From Botryllus schlosseri (taxonomy: Eukaryota): DNA of 64,000 bases. A model generated the notes under the pieces. The model saw only the letters and a list, made by a program, of their open reading frames with translations, was not told where the DNA came from and made no database searches. Location of the stretch: the NCBI GenBank assembly GCA_051294905.1, contig CM119376.1:25172001-25236000 (forward strand). The letters run 5' to 3'. Made by a program: the position numbers and the translations under genes. Shown one piece after another: positions 40,201 through 50,400 of this stretch (position 1 is the stretch's first letter; the number at the start of each line of letters is the position of its first letter).

Positions 40201-43200
40201 CACTACACATCATGTATTTCGAATTCATAAATCATTTAAGCACAAATCTCCCTACCTTTTGGCACTTCCACGGTTATGCACACTTGGTCGGATAGTACGC
40301 TGAAAGTAACGAGCATGTAATAATTGTCAGATTTTGTGAAAACTTCGCAAAGGACTCACTCATCGGAACTTCTCGCCGCGACGCAAATCAGGTTGGATCC
40401 ATCCTGATCTAAAGTTGGTGTCCAGTTAATCTCTGTTGTGTAAACGCCGTCGTTTTCGACGATGGGCGATTTTCTGACACCGATAGGCGCGATCAAAACA
40501 TATTCTTCGATGCTGGAATGTGAAACTCCAAGTCATGAAGATGTCATTCCCGTATTACCGCAGACCTTTATATAATCTCGCGAACGACAACATATCTATA
40601 GTCTCGAACAAAACGAGCAGGACCAGTAAAGTCGTAATTCGTAAATACCACATACGATAAGAAGATGTCAACTATTGCAACAACAGTAGAGTGATGAACT
40701 CTTGACCAGCGTGAAAGGTTACTTTTCAGGCGCGTGGAGTATACTCGAAAACAATCAATTTGCTATAAGTGGAAAGACGTTTTCATCCCTCAAGAGGGCT
40801 ATTTCTGAATGCAAATGTTGTTGCTGCAAAACTGATCATCTGCGGCGTCAATCACAAACCTACATTAAGTATATCTCACATTTTACTGGCCATCGTCACG
40901 AACCGGAAATCGTTATCAATTCAATTTCGATAATAATAGATTGGTATACTGGATTCAAATTAACAATTATCGCACAATTAAAGCGGACCTTCAAGGTTGC
41001 CTTCTCGCTTATTTGAGTCCGACAATTACCTTCAAGGTGCCTACCTGCTTGTGATATTACAGGGCGAACTTGCCACCGTAAATGTAAAGTTCTTGTCCAC
41101 TCGAACCGTGACGGGATTGTTCGGGGAAATAGAGGCTTCAATTACCGGCTTGTCCGCACAGTTAGCTGGTGGAACTTTAACTAAAATGCACAATTATTTC
41201 GAATGATAATAATTATTTACAATGTTGCAATCGATATTCTATCGTGAAAAATCATGCATTGACAACTTTAGACAAAATAATATTGCACCTCATTTTCCCA
41301 TAGCATAAATACCACCGATGCATTGACTCGTGTGGCAAGGAATGTTCTGCTTCACTCACGTATAACTAGAAACTGGATTGGGACGGCGCTCAAAGGATCC
41401 CTCGTGGCGAATGACTTCTTCCCCATTGTGATGACCGATTTCGGAAAATCTTCCACCATCAACGCTACCGGTACTTTTCCAGTCGTGTTGGACACCGGGT
41501 TGTAATGCAGCAAACAGTTCTCCTAGAAACGATCAGAAAGGTGTTTTGAGTAGAAATATTTGTCTGTAATTCAGCGGAATATTACTGCTGCAAAATGGCG
41601 ATAAATGTTTTTCATAATTTCTACATTTCTGCCTTAATCCTAACCGGGTGCTTATATATTTATAAATTGTTATAACATGATATTTTACGACGCCGTATGT
41701 AGCACAATGGCAGGGTCAAGCGAGTAATTGGTTTTCATGCATCAACATACTTCGCGTGGTTTACTTGGAGAGGTGTCTAAAATTCGCTACTATATTTAGC
41801 GACGTTTAAAATCTTGTAAAGGATTTAGATGTGCCGGGATAATTACACGGACAGGGTCTGGCAACCGGATATGATAACCTGGTAATCACGTCTCGGCAAT
41901 AGGAAAAACGAAGACATATCGCATGCTGCAGAAGTATATTTACCGTATCTAACGTGAATTCCGAAAATAGATTGCATATTGTCCCGCATTCTCCTTCATG
42001 CTTTCCAAGTCTGCATGTTATCCTGTCGCCATCGATATCCCTCACTGCCAGATCTATTACGTCGGGCACTCCCGACCGTAAACTGAAAGACAATATCAAT
42101 TGATCCTGTATTCATGAGCGATGTCCTTTCTGACTAATTGATATCACAACATATATTTATCTTAGGGTTACCATACGTCGTCGTTTAAGAGGATTTGTCC
42201 TCTTTTTCGACTTTTTTGAAAGTGTCCTCGGAGGACGCCCAAATGTCCTCTTTTTTGAGAAATTGTCAGGGTGCATGGTAAAATTCGACTGACATACAGT
42301 AAATCATCACTGAAGTGACGCTCCGGCGGCTATTTGGGGAGCCGGGCCGGAAAGTCGGCCTCTTTTTTAGTGAACCAACGGATAATGTGAAAGAAGAACC
42401 GTAATTCGGGAGTTGCGCCGGAAAGTTGACCTTTTTTGTTTTAGTCAACCGACCACGAAGTGGAAAAAAAAAATTCAGGATTTTCCGGTATTGCAAGTCT
42501 GAAAATTTTGAAAAAGTGTCCTCTCTTCAAATTCCCAACATATGGTAACCCTAATTTATCTGGAATTGATGGTTGTGTGATTTGCTGTCGATGAGGTTAG
42601 ACCCAATGAATATAGTAAGGTTTATTTTTGCTTTCTGTTGTGCTTTCATTGGTCCGAAATCGCACTAAGTTTCCAAACATAAACGGAATCTCGTATTGAT
42701 AATACCACTATAAACTTTTCCATATTGCTGCAATTTGAAATAATCATGGCAGAAATAAAATGATTATCAGCTTTATGTCGACAATAGTCGCCCGACTGAA
42801 TATTTCGCATTCAAGCTAAGTAAGTGCTATTGTTAGTTAGTTTTAGGTATCCCAAGTATTCACATGATGAGATTTTGTAATTGCGTTGAATTTGATCGAC
42901 TATGCGTTTGCGAACTTTGTACATCATGCGCTCAGACCTGGCACAGAGATTCTGTACTGCGTTTAGTAATTTCAGCGTGTGGAGTGTGGACATTCGCCTT
43001 AATCTTCGTATTTTGTCGCGACACTAAATGTAGGTTTGATTGCATTCCGATCCGTTGATATGCCATTCATCGAGAGCAATCACAAGTTTAATGAGACGAT
43101 TCCTTTGTCACGTTTCCCGAAATTGCCGCAATGTCATATTTTGACAGCGAAAACAACGGCGCATTGTTCCCGCCGTGATTAACACGCGCGATCATTCATT

Positions 43201-46200
43201 CAGCACTTCTGCTTACTGTCATGACGGTTTGTCGCGATTGACATTTCATTTTTCATAATCACTGGAAGTTCTGGATCGATTTCAAATCGAACGAACCTGT
43301 ATCCTCTCTGGCGACAAGATATATTCATACGTCACAGTGCCATAAATTAGTCGATAATTACGTTCTCCGCTAACTGGTAAATTAGTTAATCGTGCTCTTG
43401 AAGTATCGCAGTGCGAACTTGATAATCAAATACGGCTTGTTCTCTGAGAACTGTGTCCGACCAAACTGTGAATTTACCTACACTACACAGTCCGCAACTT
43501 CCGTCATGCACGGAATTATGTGGAAATGAAAACATGTGATTTCAAAGAGATCCGTTGTCCCGGCTATCACGTTTTTGGCCGAGTGGACGGATGCAACAGT
43601 GATGGATTATTGTTTCCGCCGTGTTTTCGGAATGCTTCAATTACTTACGTTATCATGGGCGCCATTGCCGTCACCGGCGACGAGTTTGGACGGCCGATAT
43701 CTGACCGAATGCCAAGGTTCACAGTTGTCGTCAAGGCCCATTCTCCTCCAGCCCCCACCACCAAATCGGTAAGCCAACAGCATTCCATGTACCTGGAATG
43801 ATACGCGGCATCGTACGATTTGATCTGTAAAATCGCAGCGAAACTTACGATATTTCGATCGGACCGTCGTCTTGGAATACGTATTTGAAAGTATTGCTGC
43901 CGTACATCCAATCATTACCCGAGCTGTATTCGGTACACTTTTCTCCTAGAAAATAGAGCTTATTTAGAGCTTTGGGAGATATAGTCTAGTCTTGACACCT
44001 TAAACTTTCAGTGTCTGCTTACAATTAATTGGGACGATGCCATACTATATATCATTTTTGTGTCATATTTCAGCGTCAATACCTATCAATTTAGGTCGCG
44101 GCTGTACGGAAACGTGTTATAGTAGCGCTCCTAACCAAGGATCGATGTTTCGCATACATCAAGACTAGCCTAAGGTCTAATATTATAACAACTCTGGATG
44201 CGAAAGTACAACGTACGCTGCCAGGTGTAAATTGTTTTGGATGATTTCCTGTATATTCTGAAGCATGGTTGGACGTGATACAGGCGTTTGATTGATGGAA
44301 TGTTTATATCGTCAAACCAGAGTTCATTCTCGTGATTTGGAAATGAAATACTACTTCTCCGTGAATGCCGCTGATAACCAAAAGTTTGATTACAATTGCA
44401 ATTCAATGTAACACTTGAAAAGGATCATTTTTGATGAGACCATGCTTCGCGCACCGTCCAAACTATCGGAATATATATTTAACATATAAAATATACATTC
44501 CATATTCGGTATTTTGTCAAGAATGATTCTGAATTTACGATACTAGTTTCACGAGGCCGCCCCTTACGGGGATTTGACTGATTATGACTGTTTGGATTTC
44601 AATATCAGTCTATCAGATTACTTTTGTATACAACAAGCCTTCCTAACTAATACTCTGCATACTTAGCATTAATTAACATGAAAATCTTTTCAAGGTGACA
44701 AATTCCAGATTGCGTGCCGCATATGCTACGCTAGTCGTAATTGCAGCTTGGATGTAACAGCCATCGAAATCAACACGCTATATTACTCACGTTGAAACAT
44801 TAATCGACATAGCCGACTGAAATGAATATATTGATAAATTAAAATGGGTGATAATTTTATTTGTCTCTGAAAGTACTCCTCGATTTTCATTGTACATATT
44901 TTTGACCGATTACCTTTCACCAATCAATGTACCGGCATGTAATTGATCGGGGAATCTCCTGTATATTAATCAATGGTTTCTTGCAGACTGTAGTTACTCG
45001 ATTTTTGATTGCTGGTTCCTGGGTTCTAGTCGCACTTGTGTTATCATCTTGAGCCATGAGATTTAATGTCGGATAACTCTGGAAAGGCGAAGTTATGGTG
45101 TGATACTCACGTGTTGAGGCTACCACGCCATCGCAGCCGTACATGCAAAACCACCTTGCGTCTTCCCCTACTAGCGTACCGAATGATATCGCTTTTTCGT
45201 CGCATGATATCCGCGATAACCTCCATCCGAGTTTAAAAGTAAATATAACCTGTAAAACAGCGATCGAAAACAGTCCTTATGACGTACGTACAATGGACAA
45301 TCTGGTACATCGTTTGTAATAAACGTACAGTGGTACATATATATTGCTGATAAGTATTTTCGGATATTTTACAGCCATTAAAGTGACAAACGACCTGTAA
45401 GGGACCTATCACTTTCTTAAATACACTCCAATTTCTTTATTTTTAATTCAAAGTAATGTAGCTGTTGGGTTCAGTCGTTTATATCAAAGATCATGAACCG
45501 AATATCAAGTTCAGTCCGGTAGTCGTATGATGAGGCCTTTGAGATCTATAACGAAATTACCTATTCGCTAACAATAGTTACAAGAAGGCCATCAATGGCA
45601 TTAATACATTTATACCGCATTCCGGACACTCTTACTATTAAAAAAGCTAGTAGAGTAATGTTATGGACAGTAAATGACTTTCAGCCGGCGGTATTAACCG
45701 ATGATTAAAGTCGACTAATCCTGGAATTACCAAATTTATTCATATTATCACTCTTGTGATTTTTCTAGAATGCTGGTCGTACGAGTTGCAGAGGATAACA
45801 AATTCGATCATTTTTTTCCTATGTCAATAGGTTGGGTTTGTTATTTGCAGGCTTTGTCACAAAACTCGGTGTTGTTGATTCGACCGACAACGACACTTCG
45901 CTGTAATAAATGTTCGATCTGACGTGATCGTGAAAATTATATGATTTTCTATTCTTCCGTGATGGATCGTTTGCGAGACAATAATTTAAGAGAACATGCT
46001 TTTGGGCGATCCGTAAGTTTCCAATATATACATCTTTTACTCCGGGATTCTTCGTGACAGAGTCATAGCGGTGAAATAGATGATACCACCATGTTGCGAC
46101 ATTGTATCGAGTATATTTACTTCGTTCATGAGAGATTAAATCTGAGTTCTGGTTCGAGATGGAACAATCGGACACCCATTATAACCGTTTCATAGTATTA

Positions 46201-47165
46201 TTCTACGACGATAATACTGCGTTTCGTGTCGCCCGTGCTTAGGTTAGCGATCCAATCTTCAAAGTCGGTTTCGATCCTACCAAAGAGTTGCGACGGTCGT
46301 GAAATAAATAGAGCATAATTTGACCACGTATAATACTATATTTATATACATCCGGAAATCGCAAATTGGATGGGTACGAGGAGAGTACATTTGTAGCAAT
46401 TACCAGACTTTACTGTTCTCCTGTTGCGATATTGCAAATGCAAATACATTACATATTTATAATACGCAATTGGATATCATGGGCAGGTCATTTAGTCCGT
46501 TTGGCATTCTTGAAGTTTTACCTGGTTTAATCAGCTAGTATTTTAAGTGTTTTAATATCGCGATTACAGATGTCCTTTTATAGATGCTTGTGCGTGGGTC
46601 TACATGCCTGATTGGAATCGCTGGCCTTTTTGTCTGATATATCAGGTGAGCAGCGATGATTTTCCAAGTTAAAGTAATTTGATAAAAAATAATTAAAAAA
46701 TAGAATATAGTGTGAGCACAGGACACTGATTCCACACAGGTCTACATGAAATATAAATATGTACGTACATTGACTTACTGATTGTGGGATAAACTTGAAC
46801 ACGAGCAATTGAACAAGATTCATCCATCCTATACCGGCAATTATGTTTATTGTAAAATCAAAACTTGATAGCGATTGCAGACCTACATTTCCGCTAATGC
46901 CGCTGCCAACAGGACAATGCATTTATTGATGAGCACGATCGCATTGTGATTCACTTATAACAGAAAATAAATGCATCGCGTCTAGTCTATCAGTTCATAC
47001 CTCTTTATAAGTTAATGAAAAACTGTCGCTTGGTTTCCAAGATATAGTTCCGCCCCGGAAATGCGTCGCTTGAACATTCCCTGATCCATCTCCAATCAGG
47101 CAGAGAATAATATATAAAAAAGTAACAAAAGGCAGGGCCTGATACGCGGCCTTCCTCGAATTCAT
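92..47165 (-). CDS. Giant secreted multi-exon FCGBP/zonadhesin-like protein (N-terminal HFRGG/Sib-like region + >=9 VWD-C8-TIL-E modules); 3' end lies beyond the left edge
   Basis: 76 exons assembled manually, all GT-AG with matching phases; summed length 11,030 nt leaves phase 2, as observed at the last donor (91). Repeated VWD (TFDG, G[LV]CG[DN]), C8 (DxC..Y..xC), TIL (CQPTC, GCxC..G[FY]V.SG..CV...CGC) motifs. Confidence 0.95.
505..800. mobile_element. Foldback/palindromic MITE family A copy
   Basis: Begins GGAGGTACAGAACTTCA, the reverse complement of the right ends at ~6395 and ~15270; internal arms mirror each other around TGACGTCA. Confidence 0.7.
1698..5474 (-). CDS. Module 8 (class A): VWD8-C8-TIL-E
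   Basis: Exons 5209-5474, 4349-4513, 3809-3978, 3154-3298, 2933-3090, 1911-2032, 1698-1846; VCQVWGSTHFKSFD, GGLCGNFNG. Confidence 0.9.
2130..2660. repeat. Degenerate dispersed repeat family C (related copy ~8280-8900)
   Basis: Shared motifs GCTCAATTCCAAC/GTTGGAATTGAGC and CACACCAAATTTG/CAAATTTGGTGTG in both loci; boundaries approximate. Confidence 0.5.
4219..4325. mobile_element. Truncated hAT-type MITE, same family as 42163-42553
   Basis: TAGGGTTACCATACGTC...GAGGATTTGTCCTCTTTTT...GAAAGTGTCCTC matches the left end of the 42163 element. Confidence 0.8.
6060..6400. mobile_element. Foldback/palindromic MITE family A copy
   Basis: >=130-bp imperfect inverted arms (...GAGAATTGGAAAGAACATTGTATATC...TGACGTCAC / GTGACGTCA...GATATACAATGTTCTTTCCAATTCTC) around a ~20-25-nt spacer; ends TGAAGTTCTGTACCTCC. 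Confidence 0.8.
6519..11029 (-). CDS. Module 7 (class B VWD/C8, different tail phases): VWD7-C8-TIL-E
   Basis: Exons 10932-11029, 10263-10410, 9642-9763, 9057-9221, 7829-8121, 7144-7266, 6719-6810, 6519-6660; VCKAITDPHYTTFDG, EGVCGDFND. Confidence 0.93.
9905..10134. mobile_element. Degenerate CAG-terminal element family B (fragments in many introns, e.g. ~810-882, 1450-1660, 7350-7760, 15500-15640, 18870-19070, from 22252, 23330-23486, 24570-25000, 25750-26240)
   Basis: Termini CAGAG[CT]TGGTCAGTA (22252) and ACTGACCA[AC]CTCTG (ending 10134, 23486); internal TACTTGAGTA/TACTCAAGTA motifs recur. Fragment boundaries approximate. Confidence 0.6.
11089..14854 (-). CDS. Module 6 (class B): VWD6-C8-TIL-E
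   Basis: Exons 14757-14854, 14544-14694, 14226-14347, 13840-14004, 12792-13057, 11976-12104, 11818-11913, 11089-11240; TCKVITDPHYTTFDG, EGLCGRYDD. Confidence 0.93.
13150..13720. repeat. Dispersed repeat family E (copies ~3560-3730, ~10560-10740, ~14065-14150); this copy is interrupted by a hAT MITE
   Basis: Shared GCCTCTTATTC.CA.GTT.TAG..CAAGG...AGTC.TTT[TC]GAC...TTTCAT motif string. Confidence 0.7.
13276..13626. mobile_element. hAT (Charlie-like) MITE
   Basis: TIRs CAGTGGTTCCCAAC / GTTGGGAACCACTG; 8-bp flanks TTATAGAC / TTCTAGGC (6/8). Confidence 0.9.
15015..15275. mobile_element. Foldback MITE family A copy (internally deleted)
   Basis: Clear similarity to 6080-6400, same right end CTGAAGTTCTGTACC. 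Confidence 0.75.
15323..18372 (-). CDS. Module 5 (class B): VWD5-C8-TIL-E
   Basis: Exons 18275-18372, 18053-18206, 17868-17989, 17175-17339, 16830-17089, 15880-16020, 15726-15821, 15323-15468; TCKAVTDPHYMTFDG, EGVCGDFND. The acceptor at 16020 is slightly less certain. Confidence 0.9.
16450..16550 (+). mobile_element. Probable Helentron-associated (DINE/HINE-like) element end or tandem junction
   Basis: 12-bp perfect inverted repeat TGGAGGTGACGA / TCGTCACCTCCA flanking AACAAGGCCTTTATTGGCC, followed by a (GTCT)n microsatellite; matches the subTIR + GTCY layout I recall for HINE/DINE-1. Confidence 0.45.
18492..23067 (-). CDS. Module 4 (class B): VWD4-C8-TIL-E
   Basis: Exons 22970-23067, 22013-22160, 21814-21935, 21315-21479, 20156-20454, 19285-19416, 18700-18795, 18492-18640; TCKAITDPHYTTFDG, EGLCGDFND. 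Confidence 0.93.
20487..21116. mobile_element. hAT-Charlie-like non-autonomous element
   Basis: Degenerate TIRs CAGTGGATCTCAAC / GCTGAGAACAAATG, subterminal GTACCACTAGTGGTAC palindrome, 8-bp TSD GACTAAAG / GACTAAGG (7/8). Confidence 0.8.
23130..28027 (-). CDS. Module 3 (class B): VWD3-C8-TIL-E
   Basis: Exons 27930-28027, 27623-27773, 26603-26724, 26379-26543, 25381-25664, 24048-24170, 23890-23988, 23130-23278; TCSAVTDPHYMTFD, EGVCGDFDD. Confidence 0.93.
24196..24556. mobile_element. hAT MITE with subterminal GACTCGAGTC palindrome arrays
   Basis: TIRs CAGGGTTGTAA / TTACAACCCTG; perfect 8-bp TSD TACATTAG at 24188-24195 and 24557-24564. Confidence 0.95.
28507..31685 (-). CDS. Module 2 (class B): VWD2-C8-TIL-E
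   Basis: Exons 31588-31685, 31187-31340, 30690-30811, 30448-30612, 29674-29954, 29263-29385, 28719-28814, 28507-28661; TCKAITDPHYETFDG, EGLCGDWDD. Confidence 0.93.
31888..32335. mobile_element. hAT MITE (inner), same family as its host element
   Basis: TIRs CAATGTTCCCTCTAA / TTAGAGGGAACATTG; perfect 8-bp TSD CTGACACG. Confidence 0.93.
31934..32234 (+). mobile_element. tRNA-derived SINE
   Basis: Pol III A box TAGTGTAATGG (31942-31952) and B box GGTTCGATCCC (31986-31996), a core CATACCAAAGACTCGAAAATTGGTATCCGCAGCTATCCTGCTAGGCGCTCAGCA resembling Meta-type SINE cores (from recall), and an A-rich tail at ~32226-32234. Confidence 0.8.
32517..33024. mobile_element. Kolobok-like foldback MITE with ~205-bp TIRs
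   Basis: TTAA|AGGGGCACTGCA ... TGCAGTGCCCCT|TTAA; arms 32517-32721 and 32809-33024, 87-nt spacer. AGG termini with a TTAA TSD fit Kolobok. Confidence 0.85.
33209..39792 (-). CDS. Module 1 (class A): VWD1-C8-TIL-E
   Basis: Exons 39650-39792, 38742-38858, 38451-38616, 37838-37958, 35656-35809, 35165-35294, 34991-35098, 34838-34933, 33209-33345; FCTVVSGSHFITFD, GLCGNYNG, GCMCDEGFILSG. Confidence 0.88.
36697..37656. mobile_element. Unclassified non-autonomous DNA transposon with TA flanks
   Basis: 25-bp TIR GGGGAGATGTGGTACCGATGGATCA / TGATCCATCGGTACCACATCTCCCC, TA on both sides; internal repeats of GGGACCGATGA. Confidence 0.8.
39269..39576. mobile_element. hAT (Charlie-like) MITE, 308 bp
   Basis: Perfect 16-bp TIR CAGTGGTTCTCAACCT / AGGTTGAGAACCACTG; perfect 8-bp TSD ATCTATAC. 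Confidence 0.96.
40256..45249 (-). CDS. N-terminal 'integrin beta-like'/Sib-like region, exons 2-9
   Basis: Exons 45111-45249, 43849-43945, 43649-43792, 41944-42082, 41360-41522, 41045-41180, 40360-40512, 40256-40299; translation VIFTFKLGWR...CMYGC...CTEYSSGNDW...WALTTTVNLGIRSDIGRPNSSPVTAMAP...DIDGDRITCR...ECGTIC...VALMVEDF...PLSAVPIQF...INWTP...LICVAA. The family assignment is recalled motif similarity, not a database hit. Confidence 0.8.
42163..42553. mobile_element. hAT MITE, 391 bp
   Basis: TIR TAGGGTTACCATA / TATGGTAACCCTA; perfect 8-bp TSD ATTTATCT. Confidence 0.95.
47001..47165 (-). CDS. First coding exon: signal peptide + start of mature N-terminal domain (MNSRKAAYQALPFVTFLYIILCLIGDGSGNVQA-THFRGGTISWKPSDSFSLTYKE)
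   Basis: ATG at 47165, hydrophobic stretch, VQA-like cleavage site, HFRGGTISW motif, phase-0 donor GAG|GTATGA at 47000 matching the phase-0 acceptor at 45249. Confidence 0.85.
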
Positions 47166-47224
47166 GCCTTGAATGCGGTGGTGAATGTCTGTTTCCGATT
47201 GCTCACAGTATAAATATGAAAAAG

Positions 47225-47240
47225 TTTACATATATAGGTA
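47225..47240 (-). promoter_or_regulatory. Possible TATA-like element upstream of the start codon
   Basis: CCTATATATGT on the minus strand ~65 nt upstream of the ATG at 47165. The background is AT-rich, and an untranslated upstream exon cannot be excluded. Confidence 0.2.
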
Positions 47241-47369
47241 ACGTGATCGAATCACGGCATAAAAATCTGTGTACAGATGCAGTTGGTGTTACTGAATCTG
47301 CTGTACATGATAACTTACACATCTGCGAATAATATATCTCAGCACATTACGTATATCGGCGGCGTGATA

Positions 47370-47495
47370 GTTTGTGATACGATTGCTGGTATACAATGTT
47401 CTAGTTGCTGACAATCACCCCTGACGAGAGTCATCCTGAAATATTCGGATTTATTTCAATATGAATATAATGATCAATTGTATATCGAAGTTGTG
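47370..47495. mobile_element. Family A right-arm fragment upstream of the gene start
   Basis: GATACGATTGCTGGTATACAATGTT...TTTCAATATGAA...CAATTGTATATCGAAGTT matches the family A right arm. Confidence 0.6.
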
Positions 47496-50400
47496 GCAAA
47501 ACCAGTGATATTTCGCAGAGTTTACATCTAGTTACCTATTGAGTCTCTAAAATAGTTTTTATATCCTGATAATTCGCCTGTGTGGTTCACCCTTTTGATG
47601 ATAAATCATATATCCCTCTACCATTGTGGCTGGTTTTTTCATTAGATCATCTGCAAATGCGTTTACTCCAATCCTCCACACCACAGTGCCGACTGGTGGT
47701 AATGCTAAACAGAGGACACACTCATCATATCTCTTTCGCAAACTTCATAATTCACTGAACGAAGCAAGACAATGTCCACGAATTTGGTGGATTTTACGAG
47801 ACTTTGTCATGTTTTACATGTTTACGTAAACACGAGACTATCAAATCGCACATTGATATATGATACCTGAGCATTGCGTGCACTATCTTGTACAGATCTA
47901 CATTTACGTATGAAGTCGCGTGCGTCTACTGTATACATCGTACTAGATGCACGCTATAAATTTGTCAATACTTCATGCGAGCATACGACACCTCTCTGTC
48001 TAAGCTCCAGTATTTTACCCATATCTCGAAGCCTCAACCTTTTGGCCAAGAACGCATCTTAGATGGATATCATAGTTATGGCTCAATTTGTATAGCCTGC
48101 GGCAGCTGTTTCTTTGTACGCACAAATCAGATCACTCCTTTATTAATAATCTCGATTTTTACCTAAATGTCACGCAAATGACGTAGGTACATTTTGACAC
48201 GTACTCCAGTGCCAATCATGCTGATAGCTAATGACTCGTTCGGAATGAGTGTAGTAGCACCACCTACATAGCAGGCGAAAAGTTATGTTTTTCTTTTTTC
48301 TTGTGGCACCTTATATACCACTCGCTATACACTATTCACGTCATGCGAAAAAAAACGTTTTCGTGAAAACAATATGTCGGAATTAGGACAATACCTGTTG
48401 GTTACATTAGGACCATACCCGCATGGTTACATACTACTATGATTTTACGATCAGCTCTTCTACTGACAATACAATGTATGAGATATAGTTATGCAGTACA
48501 ATGGTGGTAACGATTAACGAACCTTGGGTCCGGCCGGAATTTTGATTCGACTCCGAATCTATAGTAGCATTGTCATCTCGCTGATTAGTCGCGGGGATCA
48601 TTCGGCCCGATTTAAGCTCGAAATATTAAAAAAAAAATGGATCCCGAACTCAAATAACCCGAACCGAAGTCCGCCTCTACTAGTAATATGAGGACTTGAC
48701 TCTTCTGTAGACTATGCAGCCGCAGATGATACCAATATTATGGCTATTTCTTATTTGGATGTATGCGTGCCAAGTATAAATATGGGAGTGGAAATCGCAA
48801 TGTCAATCTTCTGGCAAAGCTATAGTCGATTTCCCGACTATCATCGAAAAATCGTAGTTATTTAGTCACGAGCTCGGTAATTGCGCGAAATTAATTTTTT
48901 GTTATCTCGATATGATATAGAAGCGAAACTTGCATTGGAATAAAGCTAATCCGCAGTCAAATAAGATTCTTCCAAATCTGATTTATTTACCGCAGCAAAG
49001 CGGCAATTGCTATAAAACCTGTCTTATCTCATCTTTTTAACGCATGCTGTACTGCTTGTTATCGCTGTTACGACTCAGGATTACAGCCCTGTTGTATTCT
49101 TCTCGCGAAATGGTGCCTTATGAGCGTAGTCTCACCCCCCCCCCCCCCTTCGGAACGAAACGCCCGCGTAGTAATAACCCCGTAGTATCCATAAATGAGG
49201 ATTGGGTGGCATCGAATATTCGAGAGTTGTAACAAATAACAATTTCGCATTGCTACATTTTCTATTCGACTGATATCAAAATTAATTTCTCATTTCTATC
49301 GTCCCTTTTCATATGTCTCCCTACTGATATAGCCGATGGAAAATCTCTGCGTGAAATGCGTAAATGTAGCAGTCTCAAGATATTATATATTGCTTGTGGC
49401 AAATTATAATTCTTTTACACATCGCAATGATTTTGAATGTATATTGTATATACTGCGACGCGTTATTTCCGATTTTAGTGGTGCGTTATTTGAGATTTTA
49501 GTCTGACTCTTGTCGCGATTTCCAGTACATTCAAAGCGCAATTGCATGTTCCTTGTGTACAGTCGATCTCTTAGATCGAATGTCTTTTTACATGCTGTTT
49601 AAAAGACTATACACCTGTCGGAAATTCGGAAATTTGCACGTTTCGCATATTAAATGTATAATTATTCTCAAATTTATATCTTGACTCACTCTGCAACATA
49701 CGGAAGGCGTGAATACATCCAATGATGTCACAAGTCTAATTTCGCTAAACACATAATCGGTCAATCTGGCTCTTTGCAACAGCATATTCACAAATCCACG
49801 ATCTGTAATCTTGTCGAGCGAATAATAGCTGGAAAGGGCAGTTTAATTGCAACGAAGCAGACTTCAAATCGTCAATTTGTTGCGTATATTTACCGCCTGA
49901 AACCGACATTCCTGTTTGATTAGTCTCGCTGTTGCGACGCCGACAACCAATTATTACGAATCGAACTTTTTGATTTTGGTCCGATACATCTGCCATTTTC
50001 AGCGCAGGAAGTTTCGACCGCATTGCTAAATGTTCAGTGAACGTGGAGTCGTATACACATATGGAGAGATTACTGGCCGTTTCTCCCCTTCTAGATAACC
50101 CGAAGTTCAATTTAGAGTCGCATATCTCTATCAGTCACTTTTTCATATCTATGATTCCATGTCGGACATACGAAATATTGATTTCATTATTGCTGTAATA
50201 TTCTATTTCGATCAGTTGTATAATCGACGTCGATAGACCCGGGAACTGTGTTTATCAATGAAATGATACCTCAAAAATCTCCTTTGTCGGTTACAATTGG
50301 TATGCATATGCTAAATTTCGAAATTTTGGTCATTCATTTCATCAAGACTGTTGAGAACTCTAAATGACACGCGATTCCAATGCCCTAACGGCTTCGTCAT

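Noticed and set aside
45819-46175. 118-aa minus-strand ORF inside intron 1
   Set aside because: GTG start right after a stop, no usable splice sites or recognisable motif, and not needed for the reading frame.
46779-46823. Candidate first exon MNLVQLLVFKFIPQS with a GTAAGT donor
   Set aside because: The exon at 47001-47165 has a proper signal peptide, the HFRGG motif and the right phase. This one is too short to be a signal peptide; it is at most a minor alternative.
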